A stretch of DNA of 64,000 bases. Origin: Gammaproteobacteria bacterium. Lineage in GTDB: Bacteria; Pseudomonadota; Gammaproteobacteria; GCA-002705445; GCA-002716945. Both the position numbers and the translations under genes were made by a program. Under the pieces are notes generated by a model. That model saw only the letters and a program-made list of their open reading frames with translations, searched no databases and had not been told where the DNA came from. Positions 1 to 10,325 of this stretch are shown one piece after another; within the stretch, counting starts at the first letter, position 1, and each line of letters opens with the position of its first letter. Where the stretch lies: positions 230,209 through 294,208 of the forward strand of contig JBLFWM010000001.1 of the NCBI GenBank assembly GCA_047611265.1. Direction: 5' to 3'.

Positions 1-1163
1 TCAAACTCATAAATATTATTTGCCAATAGCCTAGACTTTGTGTTTAATAGCTCATTTTTTTTAAGCCCATTTTTGATAAATATTGAAAATTCATTAATAA
101 AAGCAGTTCTTAAATCTTCGGGCTGGACTCCTATTCTAGGTGATCCACCTAAGGTTACCAAACTATCTTTTCTTGAATATGAGTCATAAGATATAAATGT
201 GTTTAATGCAATTTTATTATCATCTATTAAATTTTTTGTGAATCGTGAAGATAAGCCTCCATCCATTAATTCTAGCAATAGCTCCATTGCATATAATTCT
301 TTTTTATCCTCAATACTGAAAGACTTCTTTTTAAATGATAATAAAACTATGGGCTGAGATACTTTGTCCTTTACTGTTATCTCATCAAAAGATATTTCAT
401 GCTCATTAACTTTTGAATAATTTATTACCTTCTGCTTTGAATAATTCCCATAATATTTTTTAATTAAAGATTTGGCATTATTAGATTCAAAGTTACCAGC
501 AAGTATAAGTGTGGCATTATTGGGAACATAGTAATTTGCATACCATTTTTTTAAGTCACTGACCTTGATGTTATTTAGGTCATCCATTGTGCCTATAATT
601 GGAATTCCATAATTTTTCATACCGAATGCCTGTAAGCCAATTTTTTCAAAAATTTTTGAAATAGGTTTATCATCTGTTCTCAATCTTCTCTCCTCTTTGA
701 CTACCTCAACCTCTTTTCTGAATTCTTCCTCAGAAAATAGTATGTTAGACATGCGGTCAGATTCAAGTTTTAAGGATAATTCTAAATAGTCTTTATGTAT
801 TTTCTGGTAGTATCCTGTAAAATCTCTGCCCGTAAAAGCATTCTCAGAACCACCAACCTCTTTAATTCTTTTTGAAAAATCTCCAGGTTGCGTATTTTTT
901 GTTCCTTTAAACATCATGTGTTCCAGAACATGTGAAATTCCAGAAATACCAGGGTACTCATAACTTGACCCAACGTTGTACCAGATACTAGAAACTATGG
1001 CCGGGCTTCTTTTATCCTCAATAAGTATCACCTTTAATCCATTTGCTAATACATATTCTTCTATTCTGTCTGAAAATTTCATACTAGACTCTGCTAGAGA
1101 TGGCGCTAGACTCATTAGAACAATGATATTAAAGATACAGAATTTAAATAAGATAGATTTCAT
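1..1163 (-). CDS. M16 (pitrilysin/insulinase) family zinc metallopeptidase, secreted; 3' end beyond window start (partial)
   Basis: Manual minus-strand translation from ATG at 1161-1163 gives MKSILFKFCIFNIIVLMSLAPSLA (signal peptide) followed by GISHVLEHMMFKGT, the inverted zinc-binding HxxEH motif of M16 peptidases. The reading frame stays open to coordinate 1. It is not in the supplied ORF track because it is truncated. Confidence 0.7.
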   Translation of the reverse strand, partial: MKSILFKFCIFNIIVLMSLAPSLAESSMKFSDRIEEYVLANGLKVILIEDKRSPAIVSSIWYNVGSSYEYPGISGISHVLEHMMFKGTKNTQPGDFSKRIKEVGGSENAFTGRDFTGYYQKIHKDYLELSLKLESDRMSNILFSEEEFRKEVEVVKEERRLRTDDKPISKIFEKIGLQAFGMKNYGIPIIGTMDDLNNIKVSDLKKWYANYYVPNNATLILAGNFESNNAKSLIKKYYGNYSKQKVINYSKVNEHEISFDEITVKDKVSQPIVLLSFKKKSFSIEDKKELYAMELLLELMDGGLSSRFTKNLIDDNKIALNTFISYDSYSRKDSLVTLGGSPRIGVQPEDLRTAFINEFSIFIKNGLKKNELLNTKSRLLANNIYEF

Positions 1164-1286
1164 AATAGAATTATAGCAAATAATTAGATATTCCTAATAT
1201 CCTTTTTAAACAAGGTTTAAATGGTAAATTTATCAAGAAATTCTCTTAAATACTAAAAAATATAGCTAAAAACTAGGTTTATAGGC

Positions 1287-1314
1287 TTGAATACCTTAAA
1301 TTAGCCATTATAAT
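1287..1314 (+). promoter_or_regulatory. candidate sigma70-type promoter for rpoH (TTGAAT-N16-TATAAT)
   Basis: ttgaat at 1287-1292, a 16-nt spacer, tataat at 1309-1314, about 20 nt upstream of the rpoH GTG. In a genome this AT-rich such matches can occur by chance. Confidence 0.3.
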
Positions 1315-1336
1315 TAGCCTGTAGGAGTAATTACTT

Positions 1337-2197
1337 GTGAGTAATAGAGTTATGGAAAATTTACCAGCAGAATTATCATTAGGCCTAGAGTCTGGTGATT
1401 CATTAGATATTTATCTTAATCAATTAAGAAAGACACCTCTTTTATCTAAAGAGGAAGAAATTATATTATTTAAGAAATTAAATTCATCTGATGACCTTGA
1501 AGCTGCAAGAAAACTAGTATTAGCGCACCTAAGGTTTGTTGTCCATGTGGCTAAAACATACAAGGGTTATGGATTACCTCTTTTAGACCTAATACAAGAA
1601 GGCAATATAGGTCTAATGAAAGCTGTAAAAAGATTTGATCCAGATAAGAATGTTAGGTTATTATCTTTTGCTATTTACTGGATTAGAGCTGAAATTCATG
1701 AATTTGTAATCAAAAATTGGAGAATGGTCAAGGTTGCAACAACCAAAGCCCAACGTAAATTATTCTTCAAGCTTAAAAGTAAAAAAACTCATACTTCTTG
1801 GTTAACGGAAACAGAAACAAAAGATATAGCCTGTGAACTAAATGTAAAACCAGAAACTGTCACTCAGATGGAATCTAGGCTAAGTGGAAAAGATATATCT
1901 TTTGATCCTTTGGATGAAGATGAGATGTCTCCATCAACATATCTTACTAATGATAATTTAGACCCATTAGAAAAACTTCAGTATGAAAATGATAGCTCTG
2001 ATAGTTTGGATAGACTAAATATTGCAATGTCTAAATTAGATGATAGAAGTAAAGATATAATAAAACAGCGCTATTTATTAGACAATAAGAGCACTTTAGA
2101 TGACTTGTCTAAGAAATATCAGATCTCAAAAGAAAGGGTTAGGCAAATTGAGTATAAATCGCTTGGTCTTTTAAAAAATACTATATTGTTAGCTTGA
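1337..2197 (+). CDS. rpoH: RNA polymerase sigma-32 (heat-shock sigma factor RpoH)
   Basis: Sigma-70 family regions 2 and 4 are present (LRFVVHVAKTY, DLIQEGNIGLMKAVKRFDP) plus the RpoH box QRKLFFKLK. GTG start at 1337 with AGGAG 8 nt upstream; the alternative ATG is at 1352. Confidence 0.9.
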   Translation: MSNRVMENLPAELSLGLESGDSLDIYLNQLRKTPLLSKEEEIILFKKLNSSDDLEAARKLVLAHLRFVVHVAKTYKGYGLPLLDLIQEGNIGLMKAVKRFDPDKNVRLLSFAIYWIRAEIHEFVIKNWRMVKVATTKAQRKLFFKLKSKKTHTSWLTETETKDIACELNVKPETVTQMESRLSGKDISFDPLDEDEMSPSTYLTNDNLDPLEKLQYENDSSDSLDRLNIAMSKLDDRSKDIIKQRYLLDNKSTLDDLSKKYQISKERVRQIEYKSLGLLKNTILLA

Positions 2198-2211
2198 GCC
2201 AACTCTAACCG

Positions 2212-3120
2212 CTAACTAACAGATAAATACCAAAAATGATCAAATAATAGTAGAGCAAAAAGCACTGCTAAGTAAGTTATTGAATACTTAAATAGAGCAA
2301 TTGCTTCTGAAGCGGATTTACTAATCATTAGTGAGTAAGAATCTATAACAAATTTAAGACCGATTAAGACAACACCTGTTAAATATATGAAACCTGACAA
2401 ACCTAATACATATGGAAATAATGCGATACAAAAAAGAAGTATTGAATATAAAAATATATGCAGTCTTGCAAAATCTCTACCATGCGTAACTGGTAACATT
2501 GGAATATCTGCTTTTTTATAATCCTCATACTTATAAACTGCCAGTGCCCAAAAATGTGGAGGAGTCCATAAAAAAATAATCAAAAAAAGCACTAACGGGA
2601 ATGGTTCTATCTGATTAGTAATAGATGTCCAGCCTAATAATGGCGGCATTGCTCCGGCGATACCACCTATGACAATATTTTGTGATGTTAAATTCTTTAA
2701 GTAAACAGAATATATGACCGAATATATTATAATTGATAACAAAGTTAATAATGCCGTTAGAACATTCACTAAAAGGTAAAGCATCGTTATTGATGTTACT
2801 GATAAAAACAAAGCAAAGTATATGGCATGTAATGGTTTTATTGAGCCATTCACTAAAGGACGTGATTTTGTTCTATCCATAATAGAGTCAATTTTTTGAT
2901 CCACAACATGATTAATAATAGCTGCCGCAGAAGCAGCCAGTCCTATTCCTATACTTGCAAATGATATTAATTCATAATCAAGAGTACCCTGATGAGCTAG
3001 TAACATGCCTACGATAGCCGTAAACATTATCAATAAATTTACTCTCGGTTTAGTTAGAACAATAAATTCTCTCAATATATTTAAGAAGCTATTTTGATTA
3101 TATGTTCGTGAATTTTGCAT
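2212..3120 (-). CDS. cyoE: protoheme IX farnesyltransferase (heme O synthase)
   Basis: 302 aa polytopic UbiA-family membrane protein. It is the last gene of the cox biogenesis cluster, as for Pseudomonas ctaB/cyoE. Confidence 0.85.
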   Translation of the reverse strand: MQNSRTYNQNSFLNILREFIVLTKPRVNLLIMFTAIVGMLLAHQGTLDYELISFASIGIGLAASAAAIINHVVDQKIDSIMDRTKSRPLVNGSIKPLHAIYFALFLSVTSITMLYLLVNVLTALLTLLSIIIYSVIYSVYLKNLTSQNIVIGGIAGAMPPLLGWTSITNQIEPFPLVLFLIIFLWTPPHFWALAVYKYEDYKKADIPMLPVTHGRDFARLHIFLYSILLFCIALFPYVLGLSGFIYLTGVVLIGLKFVIDSYSLMISKSASEAIALFKYSITYLAVLFALLLFDHFWYLSVS

Positions 3121-3132
3121 TAGTAGATTTTA

Positions 3133-4131
3133 TCACCTTTCCTGATGGTATGTCGAATAATATAGAAGTGTAATCATGCCCATTAATACTACTGAAGCAT
3201 TAACTGTATGTAATACTGCAATACTAATTGGTAGACTATAAACAACATTACTTATACCCAGAATAATTTGTAATGTAAAAAAACCTAATATTATAGAGCT
3301 TATTATTTTAATTCTAACGTTTGACTGTTTAAAAAATATATATCCAAATAAATATAAGTATAGTGTTGTTAATAATAAAGCTCCAAGTCTATGTGTAAAA
3401 TGAATAGCAATTTTTGCATTATGTATTAATGGAGCCTGTTCATAATTGATGTTGGGTAAATTAAAAACTGTAAAACCATTTTTATAATCCATGTTAGACG
3501 GCCACCATGAATTATCACATTTAGGAAAATCTGTACAAGCTAATGACGCATAATTTGTACTTGTCCAACCGCCTAGAATAATTTGAAAAATTAACCCAAT
3601 AATACAAAGCACTATTAAAATAACCAGCTTCTTATCTATTAAGTTCAAAATCTTATGCCTTTGAACTTCCAAACCATTCCATAATAATAGTGTTGCTGTT
3701 GATATCCCTAGTACCAGATGTGTTGTCACTATTGTTGGTTTAACTAACTCAGTTACAGTCAACATTCCCATAAGTGATTGTATAATTATAAGAAAAAATA
3801 ATGTAACTGGAAAAATTTTAGACACATGCTTGGCATATTTGATTGTAAGGTAAGATATATAGAAAACAAAAATTCCTAATATACCAGCAAGGTATCTATG
3901 AAACATTTCCCTCCATGCTTTTCCAGTATCAATAATAGCATCGGGGTATAACTCTTGAGCTTTCAAAAGCTCAATATCAGTACCTGGTGTTCCTAGAATA
4001 CCATAGCAACCAGGCCAATCAGGACAGCCTAGACCCGCATCAGTTAGCCTGACCCATGCACCCACAGATATCACAACCAAGGTGTATAAGGCGCCGAAAA
4101 TACATATATTTCTTAAGACATGTAATGACAT
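3133..4131 (-). CDS. ctaA: heme A synthase (COX15/CtaA)
   Basis: 332 aa, 8-TM protein with conserved His residues, lying directly upstream of cyoE in the cox cluster. Confidence 0.8.
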   Translation of the reverse strand: MSLHVLRNICIFGALYTLVVISVGAWVRLTDAGLGCPDWPGCYGILGTPGTDIELLKAQELYPDAIIDTGKAWREMFHRYLAGILGIFVFYISYLTIKYAKHVSKIFPVTLFFLIIIQSLMGMLTVTELVKPTIVTTHLVLGISTATLLLWNGLEVQRHKILNLIDKKLVILIVLCIIGLIFQIILGGWTSTNYASLACTDFPKCDNSWWPSNMDYKNGFTVFNLPNINYEQAPLIHNAKIAIHFTHRLGALLLTTLYLYLFGYIFFKQSNVRIKIISSIILGFFTLQIILGISNVVYSLPISIAVLHTVNASVVLMGMITLLYYSTYHQER

Positions 4132-4133
4132 AG

Positions 4134-4703
4134 TTATCCAACACGTGAAAGTTTAAGTAATTTTTTTATGTCCTTGAGAAGTTTTTTCCCATCAAAATTA
4201 CTATCGTACTTAAGTATAACATTTCCAAGAGGGTCAACTAATAAAAGTGAATTTTTATTATCTGATATCCCCTTGATTAAACCATGAATTTTATTAGGTT
4301 TATTTTTTATAAGAATAAGATTTGGATAAGACCGGAGTAAGTTAATTTCAGTATTCTCATCAAGCACTTTATTTGATAAAAACAATCTTTGTAATCTATC
4401 CATGTTTTTACCTAATGCAGTATTCACTTGTCTCATAAGATATATGTCATGGAGACACTCTTCACCACACTGAGTATTTGCATAATAAATTAACAGCCAT
4501 TTACCCTTTGGCAATGATTTTTCATTATTATTATCATTAATAACAGTGTTGCTAATATTTGTTATTGGCTTAACTAGATCGCCATAATTAGTCGTGGAAT
4601 ATGATTTCCCAGGAGAGTAATTATCAAGCATAAAATATGCAATAAAAAATGGTAAAATAAAAATCGACATTATTATTATTAATTTAAACTGTCCTCTATT
4701 CAT
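4134..4703 (-). CDS. SCO1/SenC-family copper chaperone (membrane-anchored thioredoxin fold)
   Basis: N-terminal TM anchor. LLIYYANTQCGEECLHDIYLMRQVNTALGKNMDRLQRLFLS aligns with the SCO consensus (vYFGYTHCPDvCP...ALG...DRvQvvFvSvDP), including the CxxxC motif. The downstream HGLIKG...SLLLVDPLGNVI resembles the conserved His/DP(x)G region. Context is the aa3 oxidase assembly cluster. Confidence 0.55.
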   Translation of the reverse strand: MNRGQFKLIIIMSIFILPFFIAYFMLDNYSPGKSYSTTNYGDLVKPITNISNTVINDNNNEKSLPKGKWLLIYYANTQCGEECLHDIYLMRQVNTALGKNMDRLQRLFLSNKVLDENTEINLLRSYPNLILIKNKPNKIHGLIKGISDNKNSLLLVDPLGNVILKYDSNFDGKKLLKDIKKLLKLSRVG

Positions 4704-5382
4704 TATGCTTTTCCTTCCTCATTAAAATTATCATGAAAATAAACCCTATAATTGAAAATAAAAACCACTGACCAGCATACATATAATGCTTTAATTGCGG
4801 GTTATCATTCTGAATGCTTTGAATCTCATAAGAGTTTACTTGTTTCTCATTCATTATCACAACATATGGTTCTACATCCATATTAAGTAATTTAGATATT
4901 TTTTGAATCTCAATATTTTGTATTAAAAGTGGCCATGATGAAACATATTTATCATCAGCAAGGTCATAAAAGTTACTATTATAATAATAAACATATCCTG
5001 TTATTGACTGCTCATAATCAGTAGTTTCTATGTTTGGCAAAAACTGACGGCTGTTGTTATGTACCCAACCTCTATTAATTAAAACAATTTTTTGATCAAC
5101 CAGTAATGGAGTGATTACCTCATATCCCGCTTTCTTTTTGAAAACTTTATTATCAAGTAAAAATTGTGTATCAGAAATGTAACTACCTTTAATTCTGACT
5201 TTGGTAAATTGGTCTGGATTATTTTTTATATTTTTATAACTAATTGGCTCATATTTTAATTTATTAGTGAACGCATCATATATGACAAGCTTTTCCTGCC
5301 CTCGATCAATTTGCCAAAACCCTAATACCAAACATATTATAATTAATGACAAAAAAAAGAATAATTTAATAGTTTTAATCAT
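4696..5382 (-). CDS. SURF1 cytochrome oxidase assembly protein
   Basis: 228 aa with TM helices at both termini and an N-terminal GFWQIDRGQEK SURF1 signature. It sits between cox3 and ctaA, as in Pseudomonas. Confidence 0.85.
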   Translation of the reverse strand: MIKTIKLFFFLSLIIICLVLGFWQIDRGQEKLVIYDAFTNKLKYEPISYKNIKNNPDQFTKVRIKGSYISDTQFLLDNKVFKKKAGYEVITPLLVDQKIVLINRGWVHNNSRQFLPNIETTDYEQSITGYVYYYNSNFYDLADDKYVSSWPLLIQNIEIQKISKLLNMDVEPYVVIMNEKQVNSYEIQSIQNDNPQLKHYMYAGQWFLFSIIGFIFMIILMRKEKHNE

Positions 5383-5424
5383 TTAATTTTTGTATGCTAA
5401 ATACATATAGTTTATCCGTTTAAA

Positions 5425-5622
5425 ATGAAATATATAATATTAATATTACTAGCGCTAATCATTTATAATCTAATGGCAGGGTTTTTCTATATTATAAAAG
5501 ATAAGAAGTCATCTAACCGTGGATTCAACTCATTAAGGACTAGAATCATACTCTCCGTTTTATTATTTGCTGCACTGATAATAGGGAATTACCTTGATCT
5601 AATAAAACCTCATGGAATTTAA
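5425..5622 (+). CDS. small two-TM membrane protein (possible DUF2909/HIG1-like cox-cluster protein), strand opposite to neighbours
   Basis: 65 aa with two hydrophobic helices separated by a basic loop (KDKKSSNRGFNSLRTR). No competing minus-strand ORF exists in the 240-bp gap between SURF1 and ctaE. Small 2-TM proteins occupy this slot in other gammaproteobacterial cox clusters. Confidence 0.35.
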   Translation: MKYIILILLALIIYNLMAGFFYIIKDKKSSNRGFNSLRTRIILSVLLFAALIIGNYLDLIKPHGI

Positions 5623-5624
5623 TT

Positions 5625-6488
5625 TTAAAGCCAATAAACAAAGATAAAAAGACCAAGCCATACTACATCAACAAAATGCCAATACCATGCCACCGCTTCA
5701 AATCCAAAATGGTTATCGCCTGCAAAATGACCCTTCATACATCTAAATAAAATAACGCTTAGCATTATTGCTCCAAGTGTTACATGGAATCCATGAAAAC
5801 CTGTCAACATATAGAATGTTGATCCATATATACCGGATGTCATTTTTAAATTTAAATCAGAATAAGCATGCATATACTCATATGCTTGAAAACCAACAAA
5901 TGTGAACCCTAACAAGACAGTCATTGCTAAACCGTAAATTAATTTTTTTCTATTTTGTTCTTTTAAGCCATGATGCGCCCATGTTACAGTCAAACCGCTT
6001 GTTAATAGTAGCATTGTATTGATTGCAGGAATTCCCCCAGCTTTAACTAAAGTGAACTCTCCATTAGCATTTGTCGGTCCGTTTGAAGGCCATACATTTT
6101 CAAACTGAGGCCATAAGAATAGATTTGTAGATACCTTTGAGCCATCGCCTCCCAGCCATGGAAGAGATAATTCTCTTGCATAATAAAGAGCACCAAAAAA
6201 TGCAGCAAAGAACATAACTTCTGAAAAGATAAACCAAACCATTCCCCAGCGAAATGATATATCAACTTGTGCATTATATATTCCTGCTTCACTTTCTTGA
6301 ATTACCGTTGAAAACCAACCATAACTTACTATGAATAAAAACGCTAAGCCCATAAGCATTACAGTTGAGCCAGAAGCATAGCCATTCATATAATTAGCAG
6401 CACCAATAAATAATACTACAACTGAAACTGTTGCTAAAAATGGCCAGCTTGATGCATGCGGCACATAGTAACTATTAGATTCACTCAT
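5625..6488 (-). CDS. ctaE: cytochrome c oxidase subunit III
   Basis: 287 aa, 7-TM, typical Cox3 sequence (…HHGLKEQNRKK…WYWHFVDVVWLGLF…). Confidence 0.9.
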   Translation of the reverse strand: MSESNSYYVPHASSWPFLATVSVVVLFIGAANYMNGYASGSTVMLMGLAFLFIVSYGWFSTVIQESEAGIYNAQVDISFRWGMVWFIFSEVMFFAAFFGALYYARELSLPWLGGDGSKVSTNLFLWPQFENVWPSNGPTNANGEFTLVKAGGIPAINTMLLLTSGLTVTWAHHGLKEQNRKKLIYGLAMTVLLGFTFVGFQAYEYMHAYSDLNLKMTSGIYGSTFYMLTGFHGFHVTLGAIMLSVILFRCMKGHFAGDNHFGFEAVAWYWHFVDVVWLGLFIFVYWL

Positions 6489-6501
6489 AAATTAATTCTC
6501 C

Positions 6502-7029
6502 TTATTTAGAACCTACTTGATCAGTTGTATTAAACATTGTATAGGATAATATCAAAGTTCTAGTGTCACTAGGTAATTCATTGTCAATTATAAACTGGAG
6601 TGGCAACTCCTTTGTTTCTAATCCATTTATTTGTTGTTGACTAAAACAGAAACATTCTATTTTTTTAAAATACTCTGCATCTTCATGCGGAACAACGCTA
6701 GGACTCGCAGTGGCATGTTTAACTGATGTAGTATTGTTTGTTAATGTATAAAATGTATTATTTATTTTACCAACCTGTACGATCATCTCTCTATCTATAG
6801 GCTCGAAAGTAAATGGGGCAGAATTAGCAACGGTAGACGTAAATTTCACTGTTACGAATCTTTCAATAGGGTTCTCATTAACCACTAATACTCTTTCTTG
6901 ATTAGTCTTGCCGTTTAAACCGGTTATTTCACAAAATATGTCATATAAGGGTACAAGCATATATGAGAATGAAAACATAAATACCGTGAAAAGTGTTAAG
7001 GCAAGATATGTCTTTTTAAAAGTACTCAT
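6502..7029 (-). CDS. ctaG: cytochrome c oxidase assembly protein CtaG/Cox11 (CuB chaperone)
   Basis: 175 aa with a single TM and the Cox11 CFCF motif (KIECFCFSQQ). Confidence 0.85.
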   Translation of the reverse strand: MSTFKKTYLALTLFTVFMFSFSYMLVPLYDIFCEITGLNGKTNQERVLVVNENPIERFVTVKFTSTVANSAPFTFEPIDREMIVQVGKINNTFYTLTNNTTSVKHATASPSVVPHEDAEYFKKIECFCFSQQQINGLETKELPLQFIIDNELPSDTRTLILSYTMFNTTDQVGSK

Positions 7030-8609
7030 TAGTCGACTTTAGGTGCTTTTTCAAAGGAATGATAAGGAGGCGGAGATGATAATGTCCACTCTAATCCTTC
7101 AGCGCCCTCCCAGACTTTATCTTCTGCTGTTACATCTTTTTTAAGTGTATTAAACAAGATATAAACAAATAATAATTGAGATAAACCAAAACCAAACGCT
7201 CCTACAGATGCAATTGCATTAAAATCAGCAAATTGAACTGCATAGTCTGGTATTCTTCTAGGCATCCCAGCTAGACCTACAAAATGCATTGGGAAGAAGG
7301 TTAAATTCACAAATATTGTTGTTAGCCAAAAATGTAATTTACCTAATCCTTCGTTATACATTTTTCCAGTCCACTTAGGTAACCAGTAATATACTGCTCC
7401 CATAATGGCAAAAACTGCTCCTGGCACTAATACATAATGAAAATGTGCTACCACAAAATATGTATCATGATATTGAAAATCAGCTGGCACCATTGCTAAC
7501 ATTAATCCTGAAAAACCACCAATTGTGAATAAAACAATAAATGCTATGGCAAATAACATAGGCGTCTCAAAAGTCATTGATCCTCGCCACATAGTTGCAA
7601 CCCAGTTAAATACTTTTACTCCTGTAGGTATAGCAATCAACATTGTTGTAAACATAAAAAATATTTCACCTGCCAATGGCATACCAACAGTAAACATATG
7701 GTGCGCCCAAACAATAAATGATAATAAGGCAATAGATGCTGTGGCATAAACCATAGAATCATATCCGAATAATCTTTTTCTAGAAAAGGCAGGAATGATA
7801 GTAGAGACTATTCCGAATGCAGGTAATATTAGAATGTATACTTCAGGATGTCCGAAAAACCAGAAAATATGCTGAAACATAACTGGGTCACCGCCTCCTG
7901 ATGCTGTGAAAAACATTGTTCCAAAAAATTTATCAGTAAGGAGCATTGTTACAGCTCCTGCTAATACCGGCATAGATGCAATTAATAAGAAAGCTGTGAT
8001 TAACCATGTCCATACAAATATAGGCATTTTCATTAATGTCATACCCGGAGCTCTCATATTAAGAATTGTTGCAATAACATTGATTGCTCCTAATATCGAT
8101 GACACTCCAAGCATATGTATAGATAAAATTGTAAATGGGAATGAATCACCACCTTGAAGTGATAATGGTGGATATAACGTCCAACCAGCTGCTGGACCAC
8201 CGCTTTCCATAAATAAAGTACTAAGCATCATTGTAAATGCAAAAGGTAATATCCAAAAACTCCAATTATTTAATCTTGGTAAGGCCATGTCAGGAGCACC
8301 AATCATGATTGGTAACTGCCAATTTGCTAACCCTACAAAAGCAGGCATTACCGCACCAAATATCATTACCAGCGCATGCATGGTTGTCATTTGATTAAAA
8401 AATCCTGGTACAACTAATTGTAATCCAGGCTGGAATAATTCTGCTCTAATTACCAAAGCCATTAAACCGCCTATAAAAAACATAATCAAACTAAACCATA
8501 GATACATAGTTCCTATATCTTTATGGTTAGTTGTCGTGATCCATCTCATAATGCCACCGCTTGGCCCATGGTCATGGTCATCATGTAATTTATCTATATT
8601 AGTACTCAT
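7029..8609 (-). CDS. ctaD: cytochrome c oxidase subunit I (aa3-type)
   Basis: 526 aa, 12-TM, canonical heme-copper oxidase subunit I sequence (…[17 protein letters not shown]…HHMFTVG…). Confidence 0.95.
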   Translation of the reverse strand: MSTNIDKLHDDHDHGPSGGIMRWITTTNHKDIGTMYLWFSLIMFFIGGLMALVIRAELFQPGLQLVVPGFFNQMTTMHALVMIFGAVMPAFVGLANWQLPIMIGAPDMALPRLNNWSFWILPFAFTMMLSTLFMESGGPAAGWTLYPPLSLQGGDSFPFTILSIHMLGVSSILGAINVIATILNMRAPGMTLMKMPIFVWTWLITAFLLIASMPVLAGAVTMLLTDKFFGTMFFTASGGGDPVMFQHIFWFFGHPEVYILILPAFGIVSTIIPAFSRKRLFGYDSMVYATASIALLSFIVWAHHMFTVGMPLAGEIFFMFTTMLIAIPTGVKVFNWVATMWRGSMTFETPMLFAIAFIVLFTIGGFSGLMLAMVPADFQYHDTYFVVAHFHYVLVPGAVFAIMGAVYYWLPKWTGKMYNEGLGKLHFWLTTIFVNLTFFPMHFVGLAGMPRRIPDYAVQFADFNAIASVGAFGFGLSQLLFVYILFNTLKKDVTAEDKVWEGAEGLEWTLSSPPPYHSFEKAPKVD

Positions 8610-8621
8610 AAAATTTTCCGT

Positions 8622-9416
8622 TTATTTATTTTTAGCGACTTTATTAGTTTTTTGGATACCTACCCATTTATAATATTCTGGCTTAGAAACTGCATGCACA
8701 ACAATTGGCATGAATCCATGATCTTTCCCGCATAATTCAGCGCACTGTCCTCTATATGTACCTGGTTCTTTAATATCAACCCAGATTTCATTAATATATC
8801 CAGGTATTGCATCTTTTTTCCCGCCTAACTCTGGGACCCACCATGCATGAATCACGTCATTAGCTGTTAAAAGTATTCTTACCTTGGTATTTATAGGTAG
8901 AACAATCGCATGATCTACATCACGCAAATAATTCTCAACCGTTGTTACATCAACGCCAGAACCTAGTCTCCTGGCAACATTACTTTCCTCGGCAATTTTA
9001 CTGAAAAAAGTCACATTATCTTCTAGATATTCGTATTGCCACATCCATTGGTATCCAGTTACCTTTAAAGTAATCTCTGAATCTCTGGTGTCTTCCATCA
9101 TTATCAGGGCCTTTGTTGCAGGAACAGCCATTCCAACCAAAATAATAAATGGAATAACTGTCCATATTATCTCGACTTTAGTACTTTCATGAAATTTGGC
9201 TGGTTTATATCCTAGAGATTTACGATGGTAAATAATGGAATATAACATTGCTCCAAACACGACTATTCCAATAACTACAGTTATATAGAAAATCAACATA
9301 TGTAAGTCATACGCAACTTCACTTGTAGGAGTGACACCTCTTGGCATATTTGTTTCCCATTCAGCTAGTGCAGCTGTTGGGAAAATAACCATTAATAAAA
9401 TATTAGATATTCTCAT
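8622..9416 (-). CDS. ctaC: cytochrome c oxidase subunit II
   Basis: Signal peptide plus 2 TM and the CuA site HAWWVPELG…CAELCGKDHGFM. Confidence 0.9.
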   Translation of the reverse strand: MRISNILLMVIFPTAALAEWETNMPRGVTPTSEVAYDLHMLIFYITVVIGIVVFGAMLYSIIYHRKSLGYKPAKFHESTKVEIIWTVIPFIILVGMAVPATKALIMMEDTRDSEITLKVTGYQWMWQYEYLEDNVTFFSKIAEESNVARRLGSGVDVTTVENYLRDVDHAIVLPINTKVRILLTANDVIHAWWVPELGGKKDAIPGYINEIWVDIKEPGTYRGQCAELCGKDHGFMPIVVHAVSKPEYYKWVGIQKTNKVAKNK

Positions 9417-9488
9417 TAATCATCCTTTATTTAATGAATTTTATAATAACAAAATATTAGTATTTATGGAATTTCTAATTTAACAAAA

Positions 9489-10325
9489 TTAAATCTTTTT
9501 AATCGGGATAACCCCAGTATTATTGATATTTTTCTTTATCCTTTTCCACGACATTCCATAGATCATTTCATATGTTACTGGAAATTTACCATTATCATTG
9601 TTTTTGGGATAAGCGTTAGATAATTCCATATATGATTTCTTACTTACATAAGATGGTTCTTGGCCGATAACGGTATTTGCGCCTGTTTTTTTAAGGGAAT
9701 TTAATACTCCTTTAAAAGATGAATATTCAACTATTATTTCCTCTACATCCATAACAGGATCGTCAAAACCACATTTTAATAGAGAGTCTCCGTACATATG
9801 CATATCTGTAAAAGAATTAACATGTTGTTCAACATCAATATATGTATAAGCTTCCTGCAACTCCCTTAGAGTATTTGGACCAACTGTAGTAAACATAAAT
9901 ATACCATCATCCTTTAAAGACCTCCGGGCATCATGAAATATTTTCTCTATTTCCTCGCACCAATGGAGGGTAAAGCTTGATATTATTAAATCAAAAGATG
10001 CTGGTCTAAAAGGCATGTTCTCAATATCGGATACAATTAAGTTAAGATTTGGGTTTTTTTCTCTACACTCAAGTAGCATATTCTCGGCTAGGTCTAGGCA
10101 AGTTATATTTGATGTTGGAAATTTAGACAGTAATAACTCAGCTAAATATCCTGTTCCACTTCCTAGATCTAAAATATTTAATGGTTTAAATTTTAATAAA
10201 CCTAATCTTTCAATCATCCTTCTTCCCACCTCTCTTTGAGCGACTGAATATTCGTCATAAGAAGATGCTTTTGTATTAAAAGCCTGTTGAATTCTTTTTT
10301 TATAATTCTCCATTTTAATTATCAA
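9489..10325 (-). CDS. bioC: malonyl-ACP O-methyltransferase BioC-like class I SAM methyltransferase
   Basis: SAM-binding motif LDLGSGTGYL and BioC-like length. It overlaps and follows a BioH-like esterase. Confidence 0.65.
   Translation of the reverse strand: MIIKMENYKKRIQQAFNTKASSYDEYSVAQREVGRRMIERLGLLKFKPLNILDLGSGTGYLAELLLSKFPTSNITCLDLAENMLLECREKNPNLNLIVSDIENMPFRPASFDLIISSFTLHWCEEIEKIFHDARRSLKDDGIFMFTTVGPNTLRELQEAYTYIDVEQHVNSFTDMHMYGDSLLKCGFDDPVMDVEEIIVEYSSFKGVLNSLKKTGANTVIGQEPSYVSKKSYMELSNAYPKNNDNGKFPVTYEMIYGMSWKRIKKNINNTGVIPIKKI

Noticed and set aside
976-1176. 66-aa plus-strand ORF
   Set aside because: It lies entirely inside, and antisense to, the well-supported M16 peptidase gene (HxxEH motif, signal peptide).
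6047-8157. ORFs 6047-6292(-), 7525-7749(+), 7906-8157(+) within the cox genes
   Set aside because: Alternate-frame or antisense ORFs nested in strongly supported ctaE/ctaD genes. They are low-complexity and the kind of spurious ORF an AT-rich genome generates.
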